Assembly: GCA_018672285.1 (NCBI GenBank)
Contig: JABHGC010000099.1
Coordinates: 4,734-68,733 of the forward strand
DNA from: Methylococcales bacterium
Lineage (GTDB): Bacteria > Pseudomonadota > Gammaproteobacteria > JABHGC01
Length of the DNA: 64,000 bases
Reading direction: 5' to 3'
Below, in pieces: positions 17,593 to 27,200 of this stretch. Both the position numbers and the translations under genes were made by a program. How positions within the stretch are numbered: the first letter of the stretch is position 1; each line of letters opens with the position of its first letter. A model generated the notes under the pieces. It made no database searches, was not told the DNA's origin, and saw nothing but the letters and a program-made list of their open reading frames with translations.

Positions 17593-18027
17593 TTAGGTTA
17601 AATATTGGCTTTCTAAGTCCGCCCTAGGCATGGCTTTAATTTCGTCAGGAATAGCAACCCAAGCACTGCGGATCTCACTTAATAAACTGGTCACTTCATC
17701 AAGCTGGTGAGGGTTATTATTCACATTCGCTTCCATTAAGATACGCCCCATATATTCATAGAGGTTATCTAAGTTTTCAGCAATTTCGCCACCGACTTGC
17801 TTATCTAAGCTCATTCTAAGGCCATTTACAATGGCAATCGCGCCACTGATAAGCTTACCCTTTGAACCGATATCTGATCGTAACATGAACCCTTTCGCAG
17901 CAGCAATTTTATCCATTGCGCCTTCTAACAGCATTGTAATTAAGCGATGAGGGTTAGCACCATCCGCTTGCGCTTCCTTGGCAACCTGACCATATTGCTG
18001 CATTGCATTATTACGTGAAAAGCCCAT
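17593..18027 (-). CDS. fliS: flagellar export chaperone FliS
   Basis: 144 aa. Start region MQQYGQVAKEAQADGANPHRLITMLLEGAMDKIAAAKG is typical of FliS. Confidence 0.8.
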   Translation of the reverse strand: MGFSRNNAMQQYGQVAKEAQADGANPHRLITMLLEGAMDKIAAAKGFMLRSDIGSKGKLISGAIAIVNGLRMSLDKQVGGEIAENLDNLYEYMGRILMEANVNNNPHQLDEVTSLLSEIRSAWVAIPDEIKAMPRADLESQYLT

Positions 18028-18104
18028 TTTATTCTCCGATAATTAATCCTTACACTTAAGTTAACGGCACGTTGCCCTAAATGTTTAGGATTGATTTCAA
18101 AAAA

Positions 18105-19418
18105 TTAACCCGGGGTTGGAATACTACTGAGCTGTTGGGACAAAAAGCTCCCGGTACTTTGCAAAGAACCCACCAATGAATCTAAGGCTGTGAACTGAGC
18201 ACGAATCCGCCGCTCAACAATCTCGAGCCTTCTTGTCAGGCCATCCTGAGAGCTTTGGTTATCTTTAATACGGGCATTTAGGCCATCCTCACGCGCATCA
18301 ATCAAACCATCAAAAGAGGAAAAACTGGTTGCTGCCGCTTCTAGTCGAGAGATAAAACCTTCGTCAGTATCGGCAAAAAGCTGGGATATTCCATCAAAAT
18401 CAGTGCTTAATGCCGTCGAAAATATGTCTGAATCTAGCTCAAAGTCACCCGCTTTATTTCTGGTGATACCAATTTCTGCAAAAGTCGAAAAACTGACACC
18501 TGAAAGACTGGCTTCAGTATTAATAATAGAATCAAACTGGTTCTGCATTGTTAACACGGTATTATCCGCTTCTAATTGCGCCCCCTCTGAACGAAAGCTC
18601 ACCAACTGAGTTCTTAACGTATTAAAGGCGGATATAAATGAGTTCACTGAACTGGTAATCGACGCCTCATCTTTCGCTACTGTCAGGGTCGAACTACCCC
18701 CTTCTGTTAATAAATTGAGCGTAACGCCCTGAATGGCACCAGTCACTGTATTCGACGATTGTGTAACGGTAAAACCATCCACATCTATAATAGAGTCTTT
18801 TGCTTGATTAGCGGCACTTTGGGTTAAGTTTAACGAGGTCGCCAAACCATCTGTAATGGTAATTTCATTGGCCGTACCGGTTGAATTTGATGTCAATATC
18901 AGTCTTGTACCACTGTCTTCAACAAGCACGGAAGCGGTTACACCGGTGTTATCTGAGGCTGAATTGATGGCACTTTGAATGTCGGTAATGGTATCGGTAG
19001 TCGTTGTGGTCACAGTAAACGAGCTGCCACCAACATCAATCGTTAAATCACCACCACCAAAGGTATCTGTTGACGTAACCGCATCAGCAACAAATTTTCC
19101 TGGGGTCGCTAATTGAGTCACCGTAACATCAAGTGATGCAATTGCAGAGGTACTATCTGCCGTTGCTGTAAAGGCGGTACTATCCGAAGATGAAGCACTA
19201 AAAACTTTGAATTTATCCGTAGAGCCTAATGCATCAGCAGCCGTTTCAAAGGTTGAAATATTACTTTTCAACTGACCAAAAGCACTTAACTGTGCCTTTA
19301 GAATCGATTGATCTGACTGTAGCTTTTTTAACGGAATCTCTTCTAAAGCAACCAATTTAGATACAATGTTCTCAACATCTAGCCCAGAACCAATACCTGA
19401 TGCAGTAATTGTTGCCAT
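18105..19418 (-). CDS. fliD: flagellar filament cap protein FliD
   Basis: MATITASGIGSGLDVENIVSKL N-terminus. T/S-rich central domain. C-terminal coiled coil. GGTGAGG Shine-Dalgarno-like sequence before the ATG at 19418; the track ORF extends to 19448. Confidence 0.85.
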   Translation of the reverse strand: MATITASGIGSGLDVENIVSKLVALEEIPLKKLQSDQSILKAQLSAFGQLKSNISTFETAADALGSTDKFKVFSASSSDSTAFTATADSTSAIASLDVTVTQLATPGKFVADAVTSTDTFGGGDLTIDVGGSSFTVTTTTTDTITDIQSAINSASDNTGVTASVLVEDSGTRLILTSNSTGTANEITITDGLATSLNLTQSAANQAKDSIIDVDGFTVTQSSNTVTGAIQGVTLNLLTEGGSSTLTVAKDEASITSSVNSFISAFNTLRTQLVSFRSEGAQLEADNTVLTMQNQFDSIINTEASLSGVSFSTFAEIGITRNKAGDFELDSDIFSTALSTDFDGISQLFADTDEGFISRLEAAATSFSSFDGLIDAREDGLNARIKDNQSSQDGLTRRLEIVERRIRAQFTALDSLVGSLQSTGSFLSQQLSSIPTPG

Positions 19419-19490
19419 AACCTCACCTTCGCCCTTACGTTTATCCATGAACCATGGATAAACTATAGCAAATTTCAGGCCAACATCATG

Positions 19491-19937
19491 TTAAACGCGA
19501 GCGTTTAACACCAAACCGGTCGGATCATCATCATCTCGCTTTAACCGTTCTTTAATGGCCAAGACTTCTTCACTCGGAATTTGCCGAATAACCTCTTCAG
19601 ACCCGGCATTCCGTACTTTGACGACAACACCACCAGACGGTTCATCCACACTGAAGCTGATTTCACGCTGCACGTTCTGCACAAAGTCATTTAAATCACT
19701 TACAACTTCATTTAAAGCCTTTGGATCTAACGGCTTTTCTTGCGCTTTTTCCTCTTCACGCACTATGGCACCAGAAGATTTTTCCTCTAATGCATCAACT
19801 GCGACTGACTCAGCTTCTACCTTATTATATAAGGCATTGACTGCAGGTGGGTCAGATTTATTATTTTGCTGCTGCGGTTTAACCACCTGATTAACCGTGA
19901 CATTAGTCGAATTATTGACCGTAGACATTTCCTTCAC
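19491..19937 (-). CDS. flaG: flagellar protein FlaG
   Basis: 148 aa, at the position typical of flaG, with a conserved C-terminal FlaG-like region. Confidence 0.7.
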   Translation of the reverse strand: MKEMSTVNNSTNVTVNQVVKPQQQNNKSDPPAVNALYNKVEAESVAVDALEEKSSGAIVREEEKAQEKPLDPKALNEVVSDLNDFVQNVQREISFSVDEPSGGVVVKVRNAGSEEVIRQIPSEEVLAIKERLKRDDDDPTGLVLNARV

Positions 19938-19961
19938 CTTTGATCCCCAAAAGTAACAGTC

Positions 19962-20107
19962 AGCCTAAACACATAACACATTTAAAGACATGACCATTAT
20001 TCTCTAAAGTTATTGCTACCAGTGTCGTTACATTAGCCTAAACACATAACACATTTAAAGACATGACCATTATTCTCTAAAGTTATTGCTACCAGTGTCG
20101 TTACATT
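19962..20107. repeat. perfect tandem duplication, 73 bp x 2, in the flagellin-flaG intergenic region
   Basis: agcctaaacacataacacatttaaagacatgaccattattctctaaagttattgctaccagtgtcgttacatt occurs twice head-to-tail. Contains CTAAAG-N14-GTCGTTAC on the + strand. Confidence 0.9.
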
Positions 20108-20124
20108 AGTAGCAACATCAACGC

Positions 20125-20976
20125 TTAAAGTAGTGACAACGCTAGTTGTGGCTGCTGGTTTGCTTGAGAAAGAATTGAAATGCCCGCTTGTTGTAAAATT
20201 TGCGAACGGGTTAATTTCGCTGTTTCTTGAGCAAAATCGGCATCTTGAATACGACTTCGAGCGGCACTTAAGTTTTCACTAGATACAGAAAGGTTTGATA
20301 TGACAGCCTCAAATCTATTTTGCACCGCACCAAAAACAGCTCGTTTTTGAGAAACGGAGTTAATTGCTGTATCCAAAGTCACTAACGCTGCACTGGCTGC
20401 TGCTGCTGTACTAATCGCAACAGTATTAGTCCCTGTTAAGTTAGACGTTACACCAGCAATGGCACTAATTGCACCAGTACCCGCAGTCAATTGAACCGTT
20501 ACTTGGTTATTAGCAACACCATCTTGACCCACTTGAAACGTTAAGGCAGAAGTTGCACCAGACGCACTTAATAAGTCAGTACCATTGAATGAGGTAGTTG
20601 CAACAATACGCGATATTTCTTGAGTTAACTGATCGACCTCAACCTGTAGGCCAGTTCGATCCTCAATTGTACTGGAGGAAGATTGCACCGCTAACTCACG
20701 AATACGCTGTAAGTTATTACCAATTTGCCCTAGAGCACCCTCCGCAGTTTGAGATAGCGAAATAGCATCTCCAGCATTTCTAATTGCTTGGTTAATACCT
20801 CGAATATCAGCTGTTTGGGTTTCTACAGAAAATTGACCAGCCGCATCGTCTTTTGCACTATTAATACGAAGACCAGAAGAAAGTCTCTCTAAAGAAGTGC
20901 TTAAGTCACCTTGAGATTTGGTTAAGTTACGTTGGGCGTTTAATGAGAAAACATTACTGTTAATTACGATAGCCAT
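20125..20976 (-). CDS. flagellin (paralog 1 of 4)
   Basis: Conserved N-terminal and C-terminal flagellin helices (RLSSGLRINSAKDDAAGQ ... ILQQAGISILSQANQ). 283 aa. Near-identical to paralog 2. Confidence 0.9.
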   Translation of the reverse strand: MAIVINSNVFSLNAQRNLTKSQGDLSTSLERLSSGLRINSAKDDAAGQFSVETQTADIRGINQAIRNAGDAISLSQTAEGALGQIGNNLQRIRELAVQSSSSTIEDRTGLQVEVDQLTQEISRIVATTSFNGTDLLSASGATSALTFQVGQDGVANNQVTVQLTAGTGAISAIAGVTSNLTGTNTVAISTAAAASAALVTLDTAINSVSQKRAVFGAVQNRFEAVISNLSVSSENLSAARSRIQDADFAQETAKLTRSQILQQAGISILSQANQQPQLALSLL

Positions 20977-21050
20977 TTTTAAAACTCCTTAAGCGATGCG
21001 ACACCAATTGTCTCTACGCTTTCATTGGAAAAAATGTTCTTACAGTTTTG

Positions 21051-21079
21051 CTATCGACTACACCTCAAATTTCTTGAGG
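21051..21079 (-). promoter_or_regulatory. sigma28 (FliA)-type promoter candidate for flagellin 1
   Basis: Minus-strand reading: CTCAAG-N14-GTCGATAG, compared with the class III consensus CTAAAG-N14-GCCGATAA. Confidence 0.45.
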
Positions 21080-21195
21080 GTTATTTTTCAATTAATTTTC
21101 CAATTTTAGGTAACACATTGTTTTACTACATTTTATCTCCAAAAAAAATTTCCACTTAGGTAGGATCGCTACCCAAGTGGACATCATGATCTCAA

Positions 21196-22050
21196 TTACC
21201 CTAACAACGACAACGCTAATTGTGGTTGCTGGTTAGCTTGAGACAAGATCGAAATACCTGCTTGTTGCAATATTTGCGCTCTTGTTAATTTAGCAGTTTC
21301 TTGAGCAAAATCAGCATCTTGAATACGGCTTCTTGCTGCACTTAAGTTTTCACTTGAGACAGAAAGGTTGGATATAACCGCTTCAAACCGGTTTTGTACC
21401 GCACCAAATACTGCTCGTTTTTGTGAAACTGCATTAATAGCAGTATCCAAAGTGACCAAAGCGGCACTTGCAGCTGCAGCAGTACTAATTGCGACAGTAT
21501 TAGTACCTGTCAAGTTAGTCGTTACACCTGCAATGGCACTAATTGCACCAGTCCCGGCAGTTAATTGCACGGTCACTTGATTATTAGCAACACCATCTTG
21601 TCCAACTTGGAAAACCAATGCAGATGTTGCACCTGAAGCACTTAACAAGTCAGTACCGTTAAAGCTGGTTGTTGCAACAATTCGAGAGATCTCTTGAGTT
21701 AATTGATCCACCTCAACCTGAAGACCTGTTCTGTCCTCAATGGTACCTGATGATGATTGAACTGCTAGCTCACGAATTCTCTGTAAGTTACCACCAATTT
21801 GACCTAATGCGCCCTCCGCTGTTTGTGATAATGAAATAGCATCACCGGCATTTCTGATCGCCTGGTTGATACCCCGTATATCTGCCGTTTGCGTTTCAAC
21901 AGAAAACTGCCCTGCTGCATCATCTTTCGCACTGTTAATACGAAGACCAGATGACAAACGTTGTAGGGATGTTGATAAATCCCCCTGAGTGCTGTTTAAA
22001 TTTCTTTGAGCATTCTGAGAGAATATATTGCTATTAATTACGATAGCCAT
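21196..22050 (-). CDS. flagellin (paralog 2 of 4)
   Basis: 284 aa. Differs from paralog 1 at only a few positions. Confidence 0.9.
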   Translation of the reverse strand: MAIVINSNIFSQNAQRNLNSTQGDLSTSLQRLSSGLRINSAKDDAAGQFSVETQTADIRGINQAIRNAGDAISLSQTAEGALGQIGGNLQRIRELAVQSSSGTIEDRTGLQVEVDQLTQEISRIVATTSFNGTDLLSASGATSALVFQVGQDGVANNQVTVQLTAGTGAISAIAGVTTNLTGTNTVAISTAAAASAALVTLDTAINAVSQKRAVFGAVQNRFEAVISNLSVSSENLSAARSRIQDADFAQETAKLTRAQILQQAGISILSQANQQPQLALSLLG

Positions 22051-22147
22051 TTTTGAAACTCCTTAAGCGATGTTACCTCATTGGGTACCGACGCTTTCAT
22101 TGGATTAAAAAATACGTTCACGATTAAAGTTTTTGCCTACACCTATA

Positions 22148-22175
22148 TGATCGGCACTGAGATGATTTTCTTGAG
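22148..22175 (-). promoter_or_regulatory. sigma28-type promoter candidate for flagellin 2
   Basis: Minus-strand reading: CTCAAG-N14-GCCGATCA. Confidence 0.5.
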
Positions 22176-22326
22176 CTAAAAATTGATTTAATTTGTTGTT
22201 TTTAAAGATTTATTTGAATTTTCAATGATTTTATTGCAGACACAGAAAAGCACCCAGAAAGGCTGTCTGAGATTTAAAAAAGATCATAGGAGATAGTCAT
22301 ATCAACCACTCCTATGACTTAAAGTA

Positions 22327-23181
22327 CTACTGGAGGAGTGATAAAGCTTGGTTTGGAATCTGGTTGGCTTGCGACAGGATGGATATTCCAGCTTGCTGCA
22401 AAATTTGTGCTCGCGTAAGTTTTGCCGTTTCATAAGCAAAATCAGCATCTTGTATTCGGCTTCTCGCCGCACTTAAATTTTCACTAAAATTAGATAAATT
22501 TGATATTACAGCTTCAAATCTATTTTGTACTGCACCAAAAACAGCTCGTTTTTGAGACAATGTATTAATAGCCGTATCTAACCCTACTAATGCAGCTGAT
22601 GCTGCTGCTGCTGTACTGATTGCAACAGTATTCGTCCCTGTCAAATTAGTTGTAACACCCGCAACACTACTAATGGAACCTGTGCCGGCTGTTAATTGTA
22701 CTGTTACCTGATTATTGGTATTACCATCTTGACCGATCTGGAATGTTAAAGCAGATCCAGCGCCTGCAGCACTGAGTAAACTGACACCATTAAAATTGGT
22801 AGTGGCAACAATTCTCGAAACTTCTTGAGTTAGCTGATCGACCTCAGCCTGAAGACCTGTTCTATCTTCAATCGTACCTGATGCTGACTGAACGGCTAAT
22901 TCTCGAACTCTTTGTAAGTTATTGGTTATTTGACCTAACGCACCCTCTGCAGTTTGCGCCAAAGAAATACCATCACCTGCATTTCTAATTGCTTGGTTAA
23001 CACCTCGTATATCTGCTGTTAATGTTTCAACAGAGAATTGCCCTGCCGCATCATCTTTTGCACTATTGATCCTTAACCCAGACGACAAACGTTGCAATGA
23101 TGTTTGCAAGTCACCGGACGACCGGGATAAGTTTCTCTGTGCATTTGCAGAAAATATATTACTGTTAACAACTAAAGCCAT
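22327..23181 (-). CDS. flagellin (paralog 3 of 4)
   Basis: 284 aa. Near-identical to paralog 4, and distinct from the 1/2 pair in its N-terminal and central regions. Confidence 0.9.
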   Translation of the reverse strand: MALVVNSNIFSANAQRNLSRSSGDLQTSLQRLSSGLRINSAKDDAAGQFSVETLTADIRGVNQAIRNAGDGISLAQTAEGALGQITNNLQRVRELAVQSASGTIEDRTGLQAEVDQLTQEVSRIVATTNFNGVSLLSAAGAGSALTFQIGQDGNTNNQVTVQLTAGTGSISSVAGVTTNLTGTNTVAISTAAAASAALVGLDTAINTLSQKRAVFGAVQNRFEAVISNLSNFSENLSAARSRIQDADFAYETAKLTRAQILQQAGISILSQANQIPNQALSLLQ

Positions 23182-23235
23182 GACCTTATTCCTCTTACCT
23201 TACGAACTAAGCACCTGATCGTTTGCCAAAATTTC

Positions 23236-24090
23236 TTACTGTAACAATGACAACGCCTGGTTTGGTATCTGATTCGCTTGAGAGAGAATTGAAATACCCG
23301 CTTGCTGTAAAATTTGAGCTCTAGTCAGCTTCGCAGTTTCAGCTGCAAAATCGGCATCCTGGATACGACTTCTAGCAGCACTTAAGTTTTCACTAAAGTT
23401 TGATAGATTAGATATTACTGCTTCAAATCTATTTTGAACCGCACCAAATACAGCCCGTTTTTGTGACAACGTATTGATGGCAGTATCTAAACCTGCTAAT
23501 GCCGCAGAAGCTGCTGCTGCCGTACTGATCGCAACAGTATTGGTACCGGTTAAGTTAGTAGTCACACCTGCCACACTACTAATGGATCCTGTACCTGCAG
23601 TTAATTGAACGGTCACTTGGTTATTGGTGTTACCATCCTGACCAATCTGGAATGTTAAAGCAGATCCAGCGCCTGCAGCACTTAGTAAACTCACACCATT
23701 GAAATTGGTGGTAGCAACAATTCGCGAAACCTCTTGAGTCAGTTGATCAACCTCAGCTTGAAGACCTGTTCTGTCTTCAATCGTACCTGATGCTGATTGC
23801 ACTGCTAACTCACGAACTCGCTGCAGGTTATTGGTTATTTGACCTAACGCACCCTCTGCAGTTTGCACCAAAGAAATACCATCACCTGCATTTCTAATTG
23901 CTTGGTTAACACCTCGAATATCTGCGGTTAATGTTTCAACAGAAAACTGACCTGCTGCATCATCTTTCGCACTATTGATCCGAAGACCTGATGACAAACG
24001 CTGCAAAGAAGTTTGAAGATCACCTGATGATCTTGTTAAGTTTCTCTGAGCATTTGCCGAGAATATATTGGAATTGACTACTAAAGCCAT
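23236..24090 (-). CDS. flagellin (paralog 4 of 4)
   Basis: Likely start is MALVVNSN at 24090; the track ORF begins 3 codons earlier. Confidence 0.9.
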   Translation of the reverse strand: MALVVNSNIFSANAQRNLTRSSGDLQTSLQRLSSGLRINSAKDDAAGQFSVETLTADIRGVNQAIRNAGDGISLVQTAEGALGQITNNLQRVRELAVQSASGTIEDRTGLQAEVDQLTQEVSRIVATTNFNGVSLLSAAGAGSALTFQIGQDGNTNNQVTVQLTAGTGSISSVAGVTTNLTGTNTVAISTAAAASAALAGLDTAINTLSQKRAVFGAVQNRFEAVISNLSNFSENLSAARSRIQDADFAAETAKLTRAQILQQAGISILSQANQIPNQALSLLQ

Positions 24091-24155
24091 GTTATGCACT
24101 CCTGATTTTTTAGCTTTTTTATAGGATCAGTTATATTTCTGATCTCTTGCTAATG

Positions 24156-24183
24156 TTATCGACCCAATGTTTTAAATCTTTAG
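24156..24183 (-). promoter_or_regulatory. sigma28-type promoter for flagellin 4, strong consensus match
   Basis: Minus-strand reading: CTAAAG-N14-GTCGATAA. Confidence 0.6.
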
Positions 24184-24285
24184 CCTTTTTTGTAAATTTT
24201 TTCAATTTAATTTTCAAAACAATATATTCTTCTTTTTCTTGGTTTTACTTCTTATTATTCAAACAACAAAAAACCCATAAATAAA

Positions 24286-27200
24286 TCATATTGCCTTTTT
24301 ATGTAGCTGTTTTAATGATTCTACTTGATCACCTGGGGTCAGTGCATTCATCCACACATCCAGGTTATCTTCTAACATCCAATTATCGTGAACCCATTTT
24401 TTCAACTCATCGCCTTCTTTAGCGGTTGAATCTAAATCAGTCACACGCTCCATAATCGCTTCGACCCATGCTTCTTTGGTATTTTTCACCCGTTTAACAG
24501 GACCATTTTGATATGGATAAATATCTGTACACACGACAGGCCACCCCATTGCACCATATTCTAATAATCGTAGATGGCTTTTGGCTTCGTTAAAGGGGTG
24601 GATTTCAAGTGGCGCAATGGCAAGATCTAAATCAAGACTCGCCATTTTTTCTGAATAATCTTCAAACATCACATAACCATGAGCTTCGGCAACATAGTCT
24701 TTTAATTCTTCTGGGCACATCCCCATAAAAACCCAATCGACTGATTTATAAGTTGCTTTAACAACATCAAAGATTAACTCTAAATCACCCAAGTGTTGTG
24801 GCGCGCCAACCCAACCAACGCGGGGTTTTAATCCTTGCTTTCGTAATGAAACAACATTACCCCAACGAGATTTTTCCAAATAGATAGGCACAATTTGAAT
24901 ATCATCAATTAAATCTTGATGTGCCTGTTTAATGGGTTCAGTTGTTACAATTAAGCGATCACAATAGGATAAAGCATCTCGAAGACGACGCTCCATATTA
25001 GGAAAGAGTATTGATTTCCTCGAGTTTTTATCAGGAACAACTGTCTTTAAATCTTCTAAATCGAAAACTTTAAAGACACTGCTATATTGATCGATATGCT
25101 TGATAAACTCTAAATGTTGATTTGTCACTGTCGTTGGCAATAAAATGCTATCCGGTTTCCAACGTTCAAACTCTGTTAATGTTGGCAAACGAAACTCAGG
25201 CTTCATGTCAAATGTCGGCATATAAGCATAATCAATTTTTGCCACATCATTTAGATTTCTAAACGGTGCCTTCATTCTATGCTCAGTAATTGCGCCCGTA
25301 TTTGTAGGGAAGCCGATCACCTTATGAGTATCGGTAAAATTAGTATCCCAACTCACCTCAAATTCTGGCTCAAAAATGCATCGTGTATCACTTAAACTCA
25401 AGTTTACATTGTAAGCTGGGTCAGAAATTAACTCTGGGAGCCATTTTTCTAACATTACGCGTTTTTCTTGTGTATCCCGCGCAACTTTTTTATGTTCATT
25501 GTAAGTGATCTGTGAAACTGAGCCGTAATGAATGGCTGTTGCATAAGGTGTATAAACAATTTTATAGCCTTTTTCTCTCACCTTTAGATTAAAATCAACA
25601 TCGTTATATTGAACCGTAAAGTTAACTTCATCATACCCGCCAACTTCATCATAAATTGATTTTTTGACCATCAAACAAGCTGCAGTGACAGCCGAATAAT
25701 TCATATCGACTTGAGCACGTTTCATATACCCTTCGTCTTCGATCGACTGACCAGAAAATGCATGACCTGCAATGCCATCAAGCCCTAAAATAACACCCGC
25801 ATGTTGAATTCGTTTATCTGATGTTAATAATCTTGCACCAACAATACCCACTTCAGGACGTTGTGCATGTGAAAGTAATCGTTCCAACCACGATCCCTGA
25901 ATAATTTGAATATCATTATTTAAACAAACAATATACTCGCCAGCCGCTTCCGCTACTGCCATATTATTCATCGCTGAAAAATTGAATGGCTGTGCATAAC
26001 TTAGTAAGCGTATTTTACCAGGGTAAGTTGCTTGAATTTCGTCATAATAAGCAAAGGTTTCATCAGCGATACTTTGGTTATCAACCACCAATATTTCAAA
26101 ATTTTGATAGATGGTTTTTTCAAAAATACTTTCAATACAAGGCCTGAAGTATTTCATCATATCTTTATTTGGTATCACAATAGAAACAAGCGGTTGTTCT
26201 GAGTGCTGATAATTAACTCGATGTGTTCCAATTAAATAGCCATCAGATACTTCAGCACGAATATTTTGTCTTTCAAGGTGCCCTTCAATGACCGATTTTG
26301 TCCTGTCATCTAATAGCGACTGTTTGACTCTTGGCGCTTCTCTTAATGGTTCATGCATCAAGATTTTTGCAATATGGCCGACCATATTTTCTGTGCAAGT
26401 ATCAATCACTTTTAAGACCAAATCATGTACCTCAACACCTTCAGACAGAATGTATCCATCTAGTGATTGCAATACATAGGTTCTAATGGCAACAAGATCG
26501 CCAATATAGTTATATGATCTTATGTAATCTAAGTTAATATCTGTTTTAAATTTGGGGTTACAGTACTCTCCAGCAGCACCAATCTCGTCATCATCGGTAT
26601 AGATCAGAGACCATTCTGGGTGAACATTGATATAATCTGCAAAACTAAACAAACACGTTGGGTCAAATTCGGTACCCGGCTGAACTAACAACGTCCAGTC
26701 CCACTGCGATTGTTTCACATAAGCATTAATTTCAGGCATGATTTCTGAATCACTAGGCACTTGAAACCAACGTAACACTTCGCTCTGATTAAAAATTTCA
26801 CCTGGCGCAGGCTCAGTCGATACAATGGTGACCGCCCAATTTTGATAAAGCTGACTCTCTAATGACGCCAATGTTTGAGAAAGCGCGACTTGATCCGATG
26901 CTCGGACAGGAATAACCAAACTAAAGACAGGAAAAGCAGTCCACTTATGCCCCATTCGCTCAGCCATAAATTGACCATCTGCCTCACGCATAGAGTGATT
27001 ATCAACCCACTCTTGATATAAACGATTATTACTTTCTATTGCGGCAATCTGCCCCTCAGTACAATCAAGAACCTGAGCGACTAAATTAATATTAAAATCA
27101 TCATTGAGCAATGAGGTATATCGCTGATATTCTGCATTTACCCAGTCACGCCAAAACCGAGGGAAACGAATATTACACTGGAAATCGTATACAGACTCTC

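Noticed and set aside
19962-20107. Possible CRISPR array or mobile-element terminal repeat
   Set aside because: Only two copies, directly abutting with no spacer, and no cas or transposase genes nearby. It is a simple tandem duplication.
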